Below are positions 62,521-64,000 of a DNA stretch of 64,000 bases, one piece after another. The notes beneath the pieces are model-generated. The model did not search any database. It had not been told where the DNA came from and worked only from the letters and a program-made list of their open reading frames with translations. The position numbers and the translations under genes were made by a program. Each line of letters opens with the position of its first letter. Position 1 is the stretch's first letter. This stretch comes from Rhina ancylostomus (Eukaryota), in contig JARFYF010000104.1 in the NCBI GenBank assembly GCA_030265395.1, positions 86,162,833 through 86,226,832 on the forward strand, given 5' to 3'.

Positions 62521-63215
62521 GGAGCAGATGGAGCATCTGAATCCATTTGATTACCAGTTCCTTTTTCATTGCTCTAATTAAGCTGTGATCAAAGTTATGC
62601 GTGAAATATGCAGTTTCAATCTTATTTTCGAAGAAATGGCTTTTGTTTTTGGTTTCCTTTGTTTTTCACAACTTCTGCTTTTCCTATTACTGATTTTGGC
62701 ATGAATGAAATGCTTCATCCAGTCCACAGATTTTTTTATGAGTTTAAGTAAGAAATGCTATCATCTAGTTCTGATTTTTTCTGTACCATGTGAAGGAATC
62801 TTTTCAAAAAAACTCAACTCAATTGCTGAACAAGCAATGCTTAGCTTGATGCCACTTGTGTGAAATTGTATTGTACAAATGGCTCAGACCTAATAGGCAG
62901 GAGTTGATTTCAGCTGGTGTGCCAAGGCCTTCTTTGGTATTAATTTTTATTGTCACTTTGGCATTCCCATCTGGACCGCTGCTAGGGTGCCTGAGGTATC
63001 AATCCTTTTTTCAGGCAGGTTCTTCTGTATATTTTATTCATTTCTTTTACTTTTCTTTTCGTTTTAATGGTTATTGTATGTCCCTCCCCTTCCACTGTCT
63101 ACTGATACGCTCAGACACTACGCAATCATCTTTCTTACCACACTCTGCACTTTCTCCCATCTCAATTATCTCCACAGTTGAACCTAATACCCCTCTGAGC
63201 ATTTCCCAACATTTT

Positions 63216-63465
63216 CAGAATCGGAATCGGGATCAGGTTTATTATCACTGACATATGTCGTGAAATTTGCAGATTTGTGGCAGCAGTACAGTGCAAGACA
63301 TAAAAATTACTATAAGTTACAAAAATAAATAAATAATGCAAAAGAGGAATAATAAGGTAGTGTTCATGGATTGTTCAGAAATCCGATGGCAGAGGGGAAG
63401 AAGCTGTTCCTGAAACGTTGAGTGTGGGCCTTCAGGCTCCTGTACCTCCTCCCTGATGATAGTAA
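63216..63465 (-). mobile_element. Rex1/Babar-type LINE 3' end
   Basis: The reverse strand translates LLSSGRRYRSLKAHTQRFRNSFFPSAIGFLN, then a 3' UTR, AATAAA and a (GATTCY)n tail. Confidence 0.82.
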
Positions 63466-64000
63466 CCCTCCTCCTTGATTGGTCTTCTTTTTCTTCTTAA
63501 ATTTACTTCCAAAAATTTAACTTTCTTTTAAATATTCTAATATGGACATTCATTTGCAGTTACCAAGTGAGTATCTCTCTCCTTCGGCCAGCCACCTGGA
63601 ACAGTGCCCAAAAAATTAATTCTAAAACCAACTCATATCTTTAAACTTATGCTGAACAGACGTGTATTCCTTCCCAACAACTGTTTGCCAGACTAACATA
63701 TTTTCAAATTTAAAAGCAGGTTTGGGGTTAGTGCAAGATCTCTCACTGCATGTGTCATCATTGATGAAAATTTGCCTTGAGCAGTAACTTAACCCTGATG
63801 AGATTTCTGCTACTCCTACCCTGTTTCTTGAAATATTAGATTTCGTAGCCATTTTGCAAATATCTGTTGTATTAAAGTAAGGAAATCCTTTTCAACTCAC
63901 TCATTGCATTAAGACCCATAGAATGCAGAGCTAATCCTGAAGAAAAGAAGTATTTAGTGCTCCTAATAAGGTTGTTTCAAATAATTCAAGCCACATTATA

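Larger units (their letters stand above)
3855..64000 (+). other. efna5: efna5 intron 1 (5' part; continues past the window)
   Basis: Begins at donor AG/GTGAGG. No exon-2-like frame (FQRGDYHIDVCINDYLD...) was seen downstream. EFNA5 intron 1 is known to be very long in vertebrates. Confidence 0.85.

Overview
AT-rich vertebrate genomic DNA with about ten N-gaps. The repeat content (HE1/V-SINEs, SacSINE1-like Deu-SINEs, L2, CR1, RTE and Rex1-type LINE remnants) points to a cartilaginous fish, probably a ray or skate (inference). The only coding sequence I can support is coding exon 1 of ephrin-A5 (efna5; + strand, 3736-3854, MINTEILVVFLLLWMCVWSQDPGKVVADRYAVYWNSSNP-R). It lies in a CpG island and is missed by the ORF track. 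Everything downstream (3855-64000) is the first 60 kb of the very long intron 1; exon 2 was not seen. The ORFs in the track are spurious, N-gap artefacts or decayed retroelement frames. The most unusual structures are: a near-perfect 95-bp inverted duplication (26619-26714 / 28286-28380) bracketing 1.57 kb, with small tandem duplications at both junctions; a fold-back RTE fragment upstream of the gene; Penelope-type inverted repeats carrying decayed hammerhead cores; a Tigger-like MITE with an internal inverted repeat; a cryptic 37-bp minisatellite; a CTCF site; a candidate upstream non-coding exon; and Meis/TALE motif clusters. Repeat family names come from recalled consensus similarity, not from a database search. 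No clearly new biological system is demonstrated.
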